DNA of 64,000 bases from Octopus vulgaris (taxonomy: Eukaryota). Made by a program: the position numbers and the translations under genes. A model generated the notes under the pieces. The model worked only from the letters and a program-made list of their open reading frames with translations, had not been told where the DNA came from and made no database searches. Below, one piece after another: positions 42,650 to 54,761 of the stretch (its first letter is position 1; each line of letters begins with the position of its first letter). The DNA lies in contig OX597827.1 of assembly GCA_951406725.2 (NCBI GenBank), positions 82,212,001 to 82,276,000 of the forward strand. Reading direction: 5' to 3'.

Positions 42650-43998
42650 TATATATATATGTAGATATAAACACATTCAAATGCCAACTAATTAACTGCA
42701 TGTCTTTGGTAAAATGATGTAGCAGCAAAAAACCAAGTTGGGTTAATGTTTACATCTTGTGAGAATTTCTTTCGTAACTTTTAGAAAAATGGCGTTTTTT
42801 TTTTGTTTTTTTTTTCCAATGAAATTTTACAAAAATAACTTTCAAACGGCATACATTACGATTATAAAGAAATTTCTAGGCTAAATCTTTTTTCTTCCAA
42901 TGAAATTTTATAGAAATATCTTCCAAACGGCATAAATTACGATTATAAAGAAATTTCTAGGCTAAATCTTTTCCAAGAGGGTTGGAACAAGACTTCTCTC
43001 GTAACTTTTAGGAAAATGGCGATTCTTCCAATGAAATTTTATAGAAATATCTTCCAAACGGCATAAATTAGGATTATAAAGAAATTTCTAGGCTAAATCT
43101 TTTCCAAGAGGGTTGGAAGAAGACTTCTCTCGTAACTTTTAGGAAAATGGCGATTCTTCCAATGAAATTTTATAGAAATATCTTCCAAACGGCATAAATT
43201 AGGATTATAAAGAAATTTCTGGAGATCCTGAATTTTTCCTTGTTATATTTCGGAACCACATTCAACTTTCTACAGATACCCAAGCGTCATACTTCTACAC
43301 TACGTAGTGTTTTTTCTATTTTCAATAATTCTTAATGTTTTGGCTTCATTTTTTATTTAATTTCATCTTCAATTATTTTTAAAACCATTCCGTCGTTATT
43401 CTCATTCACTTCTTATTACTTTGTCTCTCTTTCTATCTATCTGTCTACATATGGATATATATATATATATATATATATAAAAAACTGCCCTTTTGAAGGT
43501 GAGGTGCGAAACGGCATCCGGCCCCTTTCTTTACACATATTTTAAGATGACATTTTGCAGAAATACGATTTCTAGAGTGTGGATTACTTTCTATTGAAAT
43601 CTCTGTGGCAAATTTAGAAATGGATTATTTCTATTTTCAAAGAAGTTTGAAAAGAATAATAAACGAATGCTGAAGTTATAAGAATTCGTGGTAACGATGT
43701 CTGCCCAAGACCATGATTAGTGTTTGTTTGAAACAAGTCAAAGTCTATTAAAACAATATCTTTTACATACCTGCTGAAATTACTGGACATATACATCCCA
43801 GCATATATAAGCCATAAGCTGCAAAACAGTTTTCAAATATCATCAAATGTTTCCACTTTTCTTTAGCAGTTTTCCGCGCCGACATTTTGAGCGGGGAACA
43901 GGTTCTCTTTGGATTTCGGGGGCAGAGAGAGAGAGAGAGAGAGGGGGTGAGTGAAGGTGGGCTTTGTTAGTTGTTTATTTATTTATTATTTATTTTTT

Positions 43999-44049
<51 letters not shown>

Positions 44050-44249
44050 ATATTTTCGGTTTGAACGGCAGTTTTTAACATAATTTCTAGGTAACTAAAA
44101 AATTTACTGGTAGAAAGTGTTTATAAAACATCTTTTTCTCTTTTTCCAATAATTTCAGGGAGGTGGGGTTCCAGTTTCCTACCCCATCCCTTTTTTTCAA
44201 AGATAAATAAGGGGTTTGCGGCACATTGGGAGGTCAGGTTTTGTGATTA

Positions 44250-44880
44250 CACGCGAGAAATCCGAGGTTCTTTTTTTATGAACTGCGTGGAGGTGCACTT
44301 GTAAAAAATTATCCGAATGGTTTCATAAATATGGCGTTGAATTATTGTTTCATGATTGAAAAATGTTAAGGGTGACTGAACATCAAGAACCAATTCTTCC
44401 GTGTCCTCAGGAACATGGGTACAGTATTCCAGCTTCCAAAAGAAACTTACGAAGTCGCTGAGTTGGCGGTGGTGAGATGCTTCGTATAAAAGGTAAACCA
44501 AGCGACATACTGTTTGAGGGACTTCGATCTCATTCCGGGACGAACAATGCACTCTTTCAGGCTTCCTCATAAACACTCAATATTCTGAATGTAAACATCT
44601 GGGTTATGGAGGATCCACAAAGTGATTAACCTGATAGTGTGTATAGTCCATGTTGCTCAAGTTACGATACGCACGCCAACAGTCATTATAAATTATTGAT
44701 CCCGGCCCGTCGGAATGATGGCGTCAGCATCCCTTCTGTTGCCTCCGCCACATTCGGACCATAAATGTTCTCTTCGTCAAGTGTTCCAGTCCACCAAAAA
44801 GCCAAACCGTTTTGATTATTCTGCCCTGTTGATATTTTCGATGGACCAGAACCGTTTCATCGATATTTGTACCCTTTAAA
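44250..44880 (-). pseudogene. ISXO2/Merlin DDE transposase relic 1
   Basis: IDETVLVHRKYQQGR, WLFGGLE, PGSIIYNDCWRAY..L..YTHYQVNH..FVDP and QNIE, read across frameshifts. Confidence 0.8.
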
Positions 44881-44919
44881 AAGAAGCAGCTGTTGCTATT
44901 TTTCTGAATTTATTTTACA

Positions 44920-45620
44920 TTGTGTACACCCAGATTGGATCTCTTGCTGTACCTTGCAACAGAGAACATTATAGATTATCTGAAGACAAAACATATTGCC
45001 AACGAAAAAACACGGTGTGCTTGCACACATTCGATGAATTTTCAAAATTTTAGTCATTCTGTTGACTGGTTTGTCAATAGAAAGTGCACTAAATGTAAAA
45101 AAATAAAACTCTTTCCACCAGGAAAGGTACATTTACATAAAGCTCTAAGCTGCCATTATATGTAATTTTGCATTTAGTGTTTGATTTGATTTTCGGATTG
45201 CCTGTGACGATATCTGCAAGAACGAACTGCACTGATATAAAACTACCGTTCAGTGGTACCAGTTCTGTACAGATGTTTGTTCGGCAAAACTACTGCAGGA
45301 CAAAACTCCCATTGGTGGTCCGGATCATATAGGGGAGATCGGTGAAAGCTTGTTCTTCAATAGCAAGAACAATGTAGGAAGAATGTGTCGCAAGACACCA
45401 CAACCAGAAAAGCATTTCTTCAACGTGTACCCGATAAGAGGAGTACAGAGACGTTGGAGAATGTCATCAGACAAAACGTTCTTCCAGGAACAACTGTTAT
45501 GACTGACAATTTGGCAAGCTATTGTAATCTCCACATACTCGGTTACATTCACCCCCATACATTAAATCATTGCCAAAATTTCATAGATCGGTCACCGGGG
45601 TGTGTACAAATCGGCGGAGG
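44920..45620 (+). pseudogene. ISXO2/Merlin DDE transposase relic 2
   Basis: N-terminal CxC..KCTKC, then PIGGPDHIGEIGESLF and VPDKRSTETLENVIRQNVLPGTTVMTDNLASYCNL..GYIH..LNHCQNFID. Confidence 0.8.
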
Positions 45621-47369
45621 TAAAGATCATGGACTGCACCCCCTTTGGGATATTTTTTGGTTTCATTTTTACATGAACACACTATATCGGGGGCGTAGAT
45701 TCCGAATCTGAAGAAGAATCTGCATTTCAAAATTTATATTGTACAGGCAAAAAAAAAACAACATAACTGATAAAGAACACTCTTACTCACTCCCCTCATC
45801 TCTCTCTCTCTCTCTGCCCCCGAAATCGAAAGAGAACCTGTTCCCCGCTCAAAAGGTATTTCTATAAAATTTCATTGGAAAAATCGCCATTTTCCTAAAA
45901 GTTACGAGAGAAGTTTTGTTCCTACCCGCTTGGAAAAGATTTACCCTAGAAATTTCTTTCTAATCGTAATGTATGCCGTTTGAAAAGTATTTCTATAAAA
46001 TTTCATTGGAAAAAGGCCATTTTCCTAAAAGTTACGAAGGAAAAGCTTGGATCTTTTGAATATTCCGAAGTCCTCTCTACCCTTCCGTTGCTTTGCGCGC
46101 GTTTTTTAAATTCATATCCGTTACCTACAAATTGTTTTACACCCATTCCAGTATATATTTCGGAGTTTCATTTCCGGGTCAAAATGTAAACATTAACCAA
46201 AAGCTGTTGGTTAGGATTGAAACCTTATGCATGGTTTAGTATATGGGACATCAACACAGCATGTCTTTTGTGTATGACTTGATTCTATCAATAAAACTAC
46301 ATTAATCTGTGTGTTTGTAAGTAATATATTTATGTCAGAGAGAAAGAGAGAGAGAGAGAGAGAGTTGGATTAAAGTGATTGACATGTTGCAAATATACAC
46401 ACAGTATATGCATATATACATGTATGTATATTGGCATATATATGTGTGTGTTTATTTGTATGTACACACACACACACATATATATACACACACACACATA
46501 CACACTTCCCTTCATCAAACACATACTCAGAAAATAGAAGGAATACACTGAGGATAAAACATGTAAATCCTAAAGGATTAACTCCCTCCTTTCCACCACC
46601 ACCCCTCCCTCGCCCCTCTAAAAACTGGATAAATGATTTTTGTCTTTGACAAATTCTTTCTTTCCAAGTTCCTGATGTCTGCTAGAGGTTGTCTCTAGTG
46701 AGATGGTGGTGGTGGTGGTGGTGGTGGTTGTGGGAGATTTGGGTAGCAGAGCAAAAGGGCAATAAGGGCTGGGAGAAAAACCCTTGCTTTAATGGGTCAA
46801 AATTGTTGTTGTTATTGTTATTTAGCCCTAGGTCAGTCTTGATGAAACGGGGTATATGATCTATTCCAGCTCTTACCATTTAGCCTTTGCATATCCAGGA
46901 CTACATTATCCAATGTACCCATTCTTTAGTAAGAGCGTAGTGATCGATATGATGCAATATAGGGGTGTGTGCTGTGGTTTCTTGCAGCTCAAGCAACCCC
47001 ACACAGTCTCCTTCATTGGCTGAATGTGATGTGTTTACTACCCTAACATCACCCCTCTTGATGCCGCCACTCTCAGAGTGTCTCCAACAACTAGAGATAC
47101 ACTACCCTGATACCACAACACCCAACCATTAATGCCGTTACTAAAATATCAATAGATTAAGGATTCTAATCTGCTATAAGCACATTAGAAGACGTTATTG
47201 TCTCTTACTTCACCTCACATGGCTGTATGTAAGAATATCTTGGTACCATCGATTATCTATGGAATGGTACCTGTATTAAGGTGGTGTCTTATCCAGGTGA
47301 GCTGTTACGTTTTATCTACTTACAAACTAGAGTGAGAACTGTGAAACTATTGAATAATGGTAATGATCC

Positions 47370-47578
47370 ATTCAGCTAAGACCTGAAATTTTGGGGAAAG
47401 GGACAAGTCGATTTTGTTGATCCTAATGTTTTACTGATACTTAATTTGTCAACTCTGAAAGGATGAAAGGCAAAATCGACTTCAGCAGAATTTGAACTCG
47501 GAGCACAACAACAGATGACATACTGCTAAGAATACCGCCCAACCCACCGAGCTAACGACTCTGCCAGCTCACCACCTT
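47370..47578 (-). mobile_element. SINE family A copy
   Basis: AAAGGATGAAAGGCAAAATCGAC..GAATTTGAACTC..TCTGCCAGCTCACCACC. A more degenerate copy lies at about 48430-48610. Confidence 0.8.
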
Positions 47579-47579
47579 A

Positions 47580-48075
47580 TTGGACAAAAAACTTTTCTTG
47601 CGAAGATCTATTGAGGAAAGTGAAATCAAAATCAAAATTGCTGATGTGGCCAATGACAGTACCACCTGAGTGGCACCCATGCCAGTGTAATGTTAAAAGC
47701 ACATCTGAGTGTGGGGTGTAATCCCACTTATGAGTACCCCTCATTCATTGGACAATAAACTTTGCTTGTGAAGACCTATTGAGGCAAATGAAATCAAATC
47801 AAAATCGCTGACATGGCCGATGACTGTACCACCTGATTGGTAGTTGTGCCAGTGGAATGTTAAAAGTGTGATCGTTGCCAGGGCCACGGATTAGCTCCCA
47901 TGCCCATGGCATGTAAAAAGCACCATTTGAGCATGATCGTTGCCAGCATCGCCTTACCGGCACACATGCTGGTAGCACATGAAAGACAATATCCGAGCAT
48001 GATTGTTGCCAGACTGGCTCCCATGCAGGTAGCACATATAAAACACATTTAGTGCATGGTCACTGCCAGAACCAC
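47580..48075 (+). mobile_element. RTE 3' UTR internal segment with duplications
   Basis: CTTG.GAAGA.CTATTGAGG.AA.TGAAATCAAA occurs twice, with GTGCCAGTGG..AAAAGCACC units as in 1880-2290. Confidence 0.7.
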
Positions 48076-49168
48076 CTAAGAGAAGGCACGAATCCCCACA
48101 ACTCACAAAATTTTCAATCTACAACTGTGTAATATTGGATACTGTGCAACAGCTTTAATAATGAGGATGATGATTTCTTCTACATCATGATATCTGTGTG
48201 TTGGAGTGTTACACCTGAAGCAACCTTCACTATGGAACTCAACAGGAAACACAACTGAAATCTTGTTTGTGTGTTGCAGTTATACAGGCACATATGCTTT
48301 TTTCTTCTGGAGCCCTAGGATTTACAAAACCAAACTCAGTTTCTTCAGCATATGAGAGACCAAAATCATAACATTCCCTCCAAATGGTACACCAGTGTAT
48401 TGTAGGGTTCCGGGCCAACTATTCTGAGGGGAGGTGACAAACAAGTCAACTACATCAACTCAACCATTTGACTGCTACTTTATTTTATCAACCTTAAAGC
48501 AATGAAAGAGAGAGTTGACTCCAGTGGGATTTGAACTCAGCGCATAAAAAGCCAGAAGAAATGGTACTAAGCAGTTGTGTCTGATGTGCAAAGGGTCCTG
48601 CCAGTTCCCTGCTCAGAGTTGTACATGAAACAGCTCTCAGTATGGAAGGCAACTGATGATGTAATTGAAACTTTTAACACAGCGATTCAATGTTATGTAC
48701 ATCCATAAATTTTTATATCAAAACTGAAAAGAGGATTGCATTTCTAAAATGTGGAATCTCACTGGTTTCCATTGATTTAGACTGTTTGTTGTCTTTCCTC
48801 AGCGCCAAACTCTTAAATGGTAACAGGAGTTTATAGAACAAAATATCTCTGTTCTGTCAGAAAACAAGTAGTATTGGCACACAACTACCTCCTATACCAT
48901 AATCTTTTAACAACACCGGTACCATCCCAACCAACACTAACACCATCACTATCACCACCACCACCAGAACCACCACTATCATTGCCAACACCACCTTAAC
49001 CATCAGCAGCAGCACCACCACCACCACCGCAGCTACCATTACCATTGTTACTGTTTAGCTTTATTTCTATTTTGATCTAATAGAACCAATGGTCAAACGT
49101 ATTCCAGACATGACCAACCCACTTTTTTTACACTAAGACCTACATCCTCCGATCTATTCTCTTTTATT

Positions 49169-49382
49169 CTTTTCTACTCTAGGCACAAGGCCTGAAATTT
49201 TGCGGGAAGGGAGCCAGTTGATTAGATCGACCCCAGTACACAACTGGTACTTAATTCATCAACATCAAAAGGATGAAACGCAAAGTTGACCTTGGCGGAA
49301 TTTGAACTCAGAACGTAAAGACAGGCAAAATACTGCTAACCATTTCACCCAACATGCTAACGATTCTGCCAGCTCACCAACT
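49169..49382 (-). mobile_element. Full-length SINE family A with 16-bp TSD
   Basis: TSD TCTATTCTCTTTTATT at 49153-49168 and 49383-49398. Confidence 0.9.
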
Positions 49383-49747
49383 TCTATTCTCTTTTATTAA
49401 AGGTGGCAGGATGTTGTTTGGAGGAGATTTCACTTCTATTTCTAGCAGATAGAGTGAGTTCAGTGAGAGTCCTCTATTGCTTCAAGCCCAATGGATGTTG
49501 TTGTGTAGCCATAGGTCAATCATGATGCAGCCCACTTGTCATCAGAGATATTCCAGCCATGACCATCATAGAGCATAAAGCAAAATCTCTTCCATTCCAA
49601 GAGCAAATACAACCAGGCCATCGTTTCCTTTTATCCTTGCAGGGAGCAATAGCATTAATTACTTAGCCAGGTCCATGAAAGGGGGAGGGGGATATTTAGG
49701 GTGTCAGACAGATACCTTGTGGTATTTGTTTGGTCTGCTTATCACTA

Positions 49748-49890
49748 CCACCTGAACCCTGGGTACCTTTAGTGAAGTCCACTCTTTTGTCACACACTTT
49801 TCACCACCCACCACCTGGACCTTGGGTACCTTTAGGTGAGTCCACCCTGTTGTCACCCTGTTTAATACAAACACCCACCTGGAACTTGTA
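49748..49890. repeat. Diverged 63-64 bp tandem repeat, about 2.2 units
   Basis: CCACCTG.ACC.TGGGTACCTTTAG at 49748 and 49811, partial at 49875. Confidence 0.7.
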
Positions 49891-50955
49891 GCACTCTGGT
49901 TTTTCATCCCAGTATTCAATGTGGTTGCTCTTCTCAGACAGTGATGTGATTTGAGGGCACTTTGGCTGTTATTTCAAACAGATCAGATGACCATGTAGAG
50001 ATTCCTTCACTGGAATAACAGTTGGTAGGTATGATAGAGGGTCAAACAGTCCTGAAAAAATTATGAGTTCAAATCCTTCAAAAGTTGTCTTTGCTTTTAT
50101 GTCTACAGACAATAAATGATATACCAGTTATATTCTGTGGGAGAAGGCTGGAGGTGGTGTTGTTGGTTCAGTTAATTACAATCCTACTACCCTCTCCTTT
50201 CGTTCTGTGTGTGTTCATGCGTGTGTGATATTCTAGCATCAAAATAGCAATGTTCAAGAAACACAACTTTGCAAAGTTTCCAGAACTTTGTAGAAGAAAT
50301 TAAAAGTTAAAAAAAAACAAACAAACAAAAACCAACAGCAGCAAAAACCATAAAAAAAAACAAGAACAATATGAAAAACAATGAGAACGGAGTAAAATAT
50401 CTTTGATTCGCATTAAATACAGAAATTTAGCAAAAAATTTAATAAAATCCTTTAGTATACACCCTTGTGTATATGTATAATAGAATGTACATGTATACAC
50501 CACCTACACACACATATACGTACATAAATATATATATAGGTGTGTGTGTGTGTGTGTATGTGTCTATATATATATGTATATGTGCATGCACACACGTGTA
50601 TATATGTTTGTATGTATGTATGTATATGTAAGTAGTTTTACATAAAGAAACTGAATAACATGTTTGACAGAAGACAGTGAGGTGAAGGTGGGGTGGGGGT
50701 GGGGTGAATGATGGAAGTGGTGGCAGTGGTGGTGGGCGTGGCAGGGTTTAGATGTTCTACAACATTTGATTGGCAGCTGAACTGTTTAACATAGACTTAT
50801 TGTTACTATACGCACACAAATGTGTGTGTGTGTGTACATAAAGCTATGCATATATATATATACATATATATATATGTATATATATATAAATCTATGTATG
50901 TATAGTCATATATGTGTGTGTGTGTATGTATGTATGTTTTTGTGTGTGTGTGTGC

Positions 50956-51001
<46 letters not shown>

Positions 51002-51599
51002 CTTGATTTGATGGAGGATATACTGTGGTGGTGGTGGTGGTGGTGGTGGTTGGATGAGGTAAGATCCATCAAGTCTTCATTTATATATGAAGTCAGTCTC
51101 TTTATATTCTTTATATATTTTCCTGGTTTCATTTGTTAGCCTCTGGCCAGGCTGCAGCATTACTCTCATGTGTACAGATATTTGTATTCACCATAATACA
51201 TATTTTATCGATGTGGGGAGGAGGAAAGAGAAAGGGGACCTACCCGGGTGTGCAGAGGCAGTCCTATATGAATGCTTCTATACATTCTAACACACATGGA
51301 AATGCATACACACACACATGGAAACCTTTATGTATATGTGTGTGTGTGTGTGCATGTGTGTGTGTGTGCATGTGTGTGTGTGTGCATGTGTGCATACGTG
51401 TAATAAGTGCAGGCACAGCTGTGTGGTTCAGAAGTTCAGTTCCATTACATGGTGCCTTGGGCATGTGCCTTCCACTATGGCCCAAGGCTAAGCAAAGTTT
51501 TGAGTGTATTTCATAAATGGAAACTGAAAGAAGCTCATTCCATATGTGTGTGTGTGTATATATATAAAACCATGCTAGGAATATTGTTTTGAGAATACA

Positions 51600-51870
51600 T
51601 TCAAAATAAATTCATTCGAGAACAGAGTGGAGTGAATGATGTAACTGCAGAATACTAGAAGCACAAGATTCACTGGGCCAGGCATGCCACAAGATTCACA
51701 GGAAACAGGTGGAACGGTGCGGTTACTGAGTGGGGCATCCAAGAGAGTAGAAAATTCCACGACAATGGGAAGACGATTCAGTCAAGCAGTTTGGTTCAAG
51801 ATGGAAAAAAATGGTGCAATCAAGACAGAATTGGAAGTTCATTGTGACCAGTGGTGTATAACAGTATCTG
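51600..51870 (+). mobile_element. Old RTE (BovB-like) C-terminal fragment of a different family
   Basis: KIHWARHATRFTGNRWNGAVTEW resembles the RTE pattern WxWAGHxxRxxDxRWxxxVxEW. Confidence 0.6.
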
Positions 51871-51914
51871 AGGGTCAGGTTGATACTGTGATATACATAC
51901 ATACATACATACAT

Positions 51915-52011
<97 letters not shown>

Positions 52012-52091
52012 TCCCGGGTTGAGTCGGGGTTAACCACAGTAAATAAGGTACTCAATACATAGCAGAGTAAATTAATTTATTTTATAGAAGG

Positions 52092-52142
52092 AGCTTCTAC
52101 AGGACTAGAACTGTTTCATTCAAAAGAAATCATCAGGAAGCT
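52092..52142 (-). ncRNA. Mirror-image type I hammerhead motif
   Basis: Minus strand: agcttc CTGATGA tttcttttgaat GAAAC agttctagtcct GTA gaagct. Confidence 0.75.
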
Positions 52143-52189
52143 TCCTGATGATTTCATTTGAATGAAACAGTTCTAGTCCTGTAGAAGCT
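52139..52189 (+). ncRNA. Type I hammerhead ribozyme motif, canonical core
   Basis: agcttc CTGATGA t-ttc-attt-gaa-t GAAAC ag-ttctagtc-ct GTA gaagct. Stem I 6 bp, stem III 4 bp, predicted cleavage after 52183. Confidence 0.75.
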
Positions 52190-52223
52190 CCTTCTATAAA
52201 ATAAATATATATATATATATATA

Positions 52224-52845
52224 ACATTATATAATTAGGGCTTAGTAAAATAAATTACTTTGCCACATACTGAACTTAGTAGAAATAGCAGCCAAAAAAA
52301 TTTTTTTAGCATTTCTACTACTTAAAGAAAATTTCTCTCAGATAATGTTTACTCCAGACAGCTCACGAAGGTTTGGAGGTAAATACAGAAAAATATCACA
52401 AGTACATAGATCGTTTGAGTACGTCAACGTTTCAAGATTAGCCAAATAAAATCAGCATTTCTTTCGTCAGCTCAAAATTTCTTAATTTGGATTTGGAAAC
52501 ACTAAAAAGAAGGAACTTTACCTATCAACGAACTTGTCGCTTCAGATGAACCACTCCAACTAACAGTGTCAACAAATTCAAAATGCGCAGGCGTAAATCT
52601 CTGCAATCCCCTTCCACCCACGTGGTCTATCTAGCAAACGATCTATGTACTCAAACGATCTATGTACTTGTGATATTTTTCTGTATTTACCTCCAAACCT
52701 TCGTGAGCTGTCTGGAGTAAACATTATCTAAGAGAAATTTTCTTTAAGTAGTAGAAATGCTAAAAAAATTTTTTTGGCTGCTATTTCTACTAAGTTCAGT
52801 ATGTGGCAAAGTAATTTATTTTACTAAGCCCTAATTATATAATGT
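52224..52845. repeat. ~199-bp inverted repeat (52224-52422 and 52647-52845) with 224-bp spacer, flanked by (TA)n
   Basis: Near-identical arms seen directly. Confidence 0.9.
52414..52476 (-). ncRNA. Type I hammerhead ribozyme motif, canonical core
   Basis: Minus strand: tttgag CTGACGA aaga-(22 nt)-tctt GAAAC gt-tg-ac GTA ctcaaa. Stem I 6 bp, stem II 4 bp. Confidence 0.8.
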
Positions 52846-52959
52846 AATATTTTGAATTCGCCTTAAATGGTCCTTTTACATACTGAACACTTGGTGAAAT
52901 TGATTAATTAATTAATTTTACCCTCAATTGTTGATATATATATATATATATATATATAT

Positions 52960-53148
52960 GATGTTAAAAATGATGTTTAAAATCGTAGACTCATCGTAGA
53001 CGCGCGCTAATACCCAGACGGGCTCGATATGAATCACGACTATAAGATACCCAAATTTGGTTAAACTGCATCGCAAAATGTGGGAGTAGTTAGGAATCTA
53101 AATCGAAGGGGACAGACACTCACACAACTACAGTTTTATATATATAGA
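52960..53148 (-). mobile_element. Probable Helitron 5' fragment
   Basis: Minus-strand start A|TCTATATATATAAAACTGTAGTTGTGTGAGTGTCTGTC is similar in style to the 26090 element; no 3' CTAG end found. Confidence 0.45.
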
Positions 53149-53814
53149 TTTGCATTTTTAAGCATTCGAGTGACATTTCTTGAGACTTGCATTAAAGGTT
53201 TGCTCTTGAATTGCGCAGCAAACTCTGTGTTTTGCTCGTATGAAGAGGAAAGAGAAAGCAAGCGAAAGTGTAAATAGACTGAAAAGATGGGCAGAGAATT
53301 AAAGAAGTTGATAAAAAGTATCAGCTGTGGATGAAGAAACAGTAGAAGAAGGAGGAGAAGAAGAAAAAAAGAATGAGAAAAAGAAGTAGACGGAAAGAAG
53401 AAAGATGGAGAAAGGAGGAGAAAAAGAATAAGAATTAGATGAAAGTTAATCTGAAGAAGAAGAAAAACAAGAAAGCAAGTTGGAAGGAAAAAGGAAAGTA
53501 AGATAAGAAATGTGAAGGAGACAATAACAAGTGGTCCCCCAATCGCCAATGGACAAGGGAGAATTGATTTTGGTGTGGACCCATGAATATCTAGTGATAA
53601 AATAAAATAACAAAGAGAAAAGGAAGGATGATAGTAAAAGCAACAACAGCAATGATAAGGAGAAAATAATAATAATAATGACACCACTTCTATTATTCTA
53701 ACTAATACTACTACTGCTGCTGCTACTACTACTGCTACCATTAATAATAGTAATCATAATAATAATAATGATGCTGATGATGATGATCACATCATGATCA
53801 TGATGATTGTGATA

Positions 53815-54661
53815 ATCATCATCATCATCATCATCATTTAGCGTCCGTTTTCCATGCTAGCATGGGTTGGACGGTTCTACTGGGGTCTGTGAAGCCAGAA
53901 GGCTTCATCAGGCCCAGTCAAATCTGGCAGTGTTTCTACGGCTGGATGCCCTTCCTAACGCCAACCACTCCGTGAGTGTAGTGGGTGCTTTTTACGTGCC
54001 ACCCGCACTGGTGCCAGACAGAGCTGGCAAACGGCCACGAACGGATGGTGCTTTTTATGTGCCACCGGCACGAGGGCCAGGCGAGGCTGGCAACGGACAC
54101 GAAACGGGGCGGTGCTGGCAACGGTCGCGAAACGGAAAGTTCTCTTACATGCCACCGGCACTGGTAACACATCTGCAATTTCCATTGATCGATTTCCATT
54201 GATCGATTTCGATTCTGATCCTCACTTGCCTCAATGGGTCTTCACAAGCAGAGTTTCGACATGCCACCGGCACTGGTAGCACATCCGCAATTTCCATTGA
54301 TCGATTTCGATTCTGATCCTCACTTGCCTCAACACGTCTTCACAAGTAGAGTTTTGTGTCCCAAGAAGGGAAGGTATGCATACGTAGGCTGGCTCCATCC
54401 CATGTAGAAGGCCACGGGTTGTGGACTCACTTGTCCTGCCGGGTCTTCTCGCGCACAGCACACTTCCAGAGGTCTTGGTCTCTAGTCATTTCCTCAGTGA
54501 GACCTAAAGTTCGAAGGTCGTGCTTCACCACCTCGTCCCAGGTTTTCCTGGGTCTGCCTCTTCCACAGGTTCCCTCAACCGCTAGGGTGTGGCACTTTTT
54601 CACACAACTATCTTCATCCATTCTCGCCACATGATTCTCGCCACATCCATTCTCGCCACAT
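53815..54661 (-). mobile_element. 5'-truncated RTE LINE, same family as 1540-2460 and less decayed
   Basis: HVARMDEDSCVKKCHTLAVEGTCGRGRPRKTWDEVVKHDLRTLGLTEEMTRDQDLWKCAVREKTRQDK*, then UTR and (GAT)n tail. Confidence 0.9.
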
Positions 54662-54761
54662 AATAATAATAACAATACTAATATTAAAAATGATGACTAA
54701 ATATATGTATGTATGCATATTTATATCTATATGTGTGTGTATATATGTTTTTACATATATA

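Larger units (their letters stand above)
42741..46198. mobile_element. Merlin (IS1016/ISXO2-like) DNA transposon, decayed and composite
   Basis: 19-bp TIRs GGTTAATGTTTACATCTTG and CAAAATGTAAACATTAACC (one mismatch). Subterminal repeats with ~131-bp period at 42770-43220, inverted at 45857-46040. Two transposase relics inside. TSD is only 5/8 (CCAAGTTG vs AAAAGCTG). Confidence 0.75.
52075..52206. repeat. 132-bp spacer-less palindrome (one mismatch) in a (TA)n-flanked island
   Basis: Arms 52075-52140 and 52141-52206; centre GGAAG|CTTCC. Confidence 0.95.
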
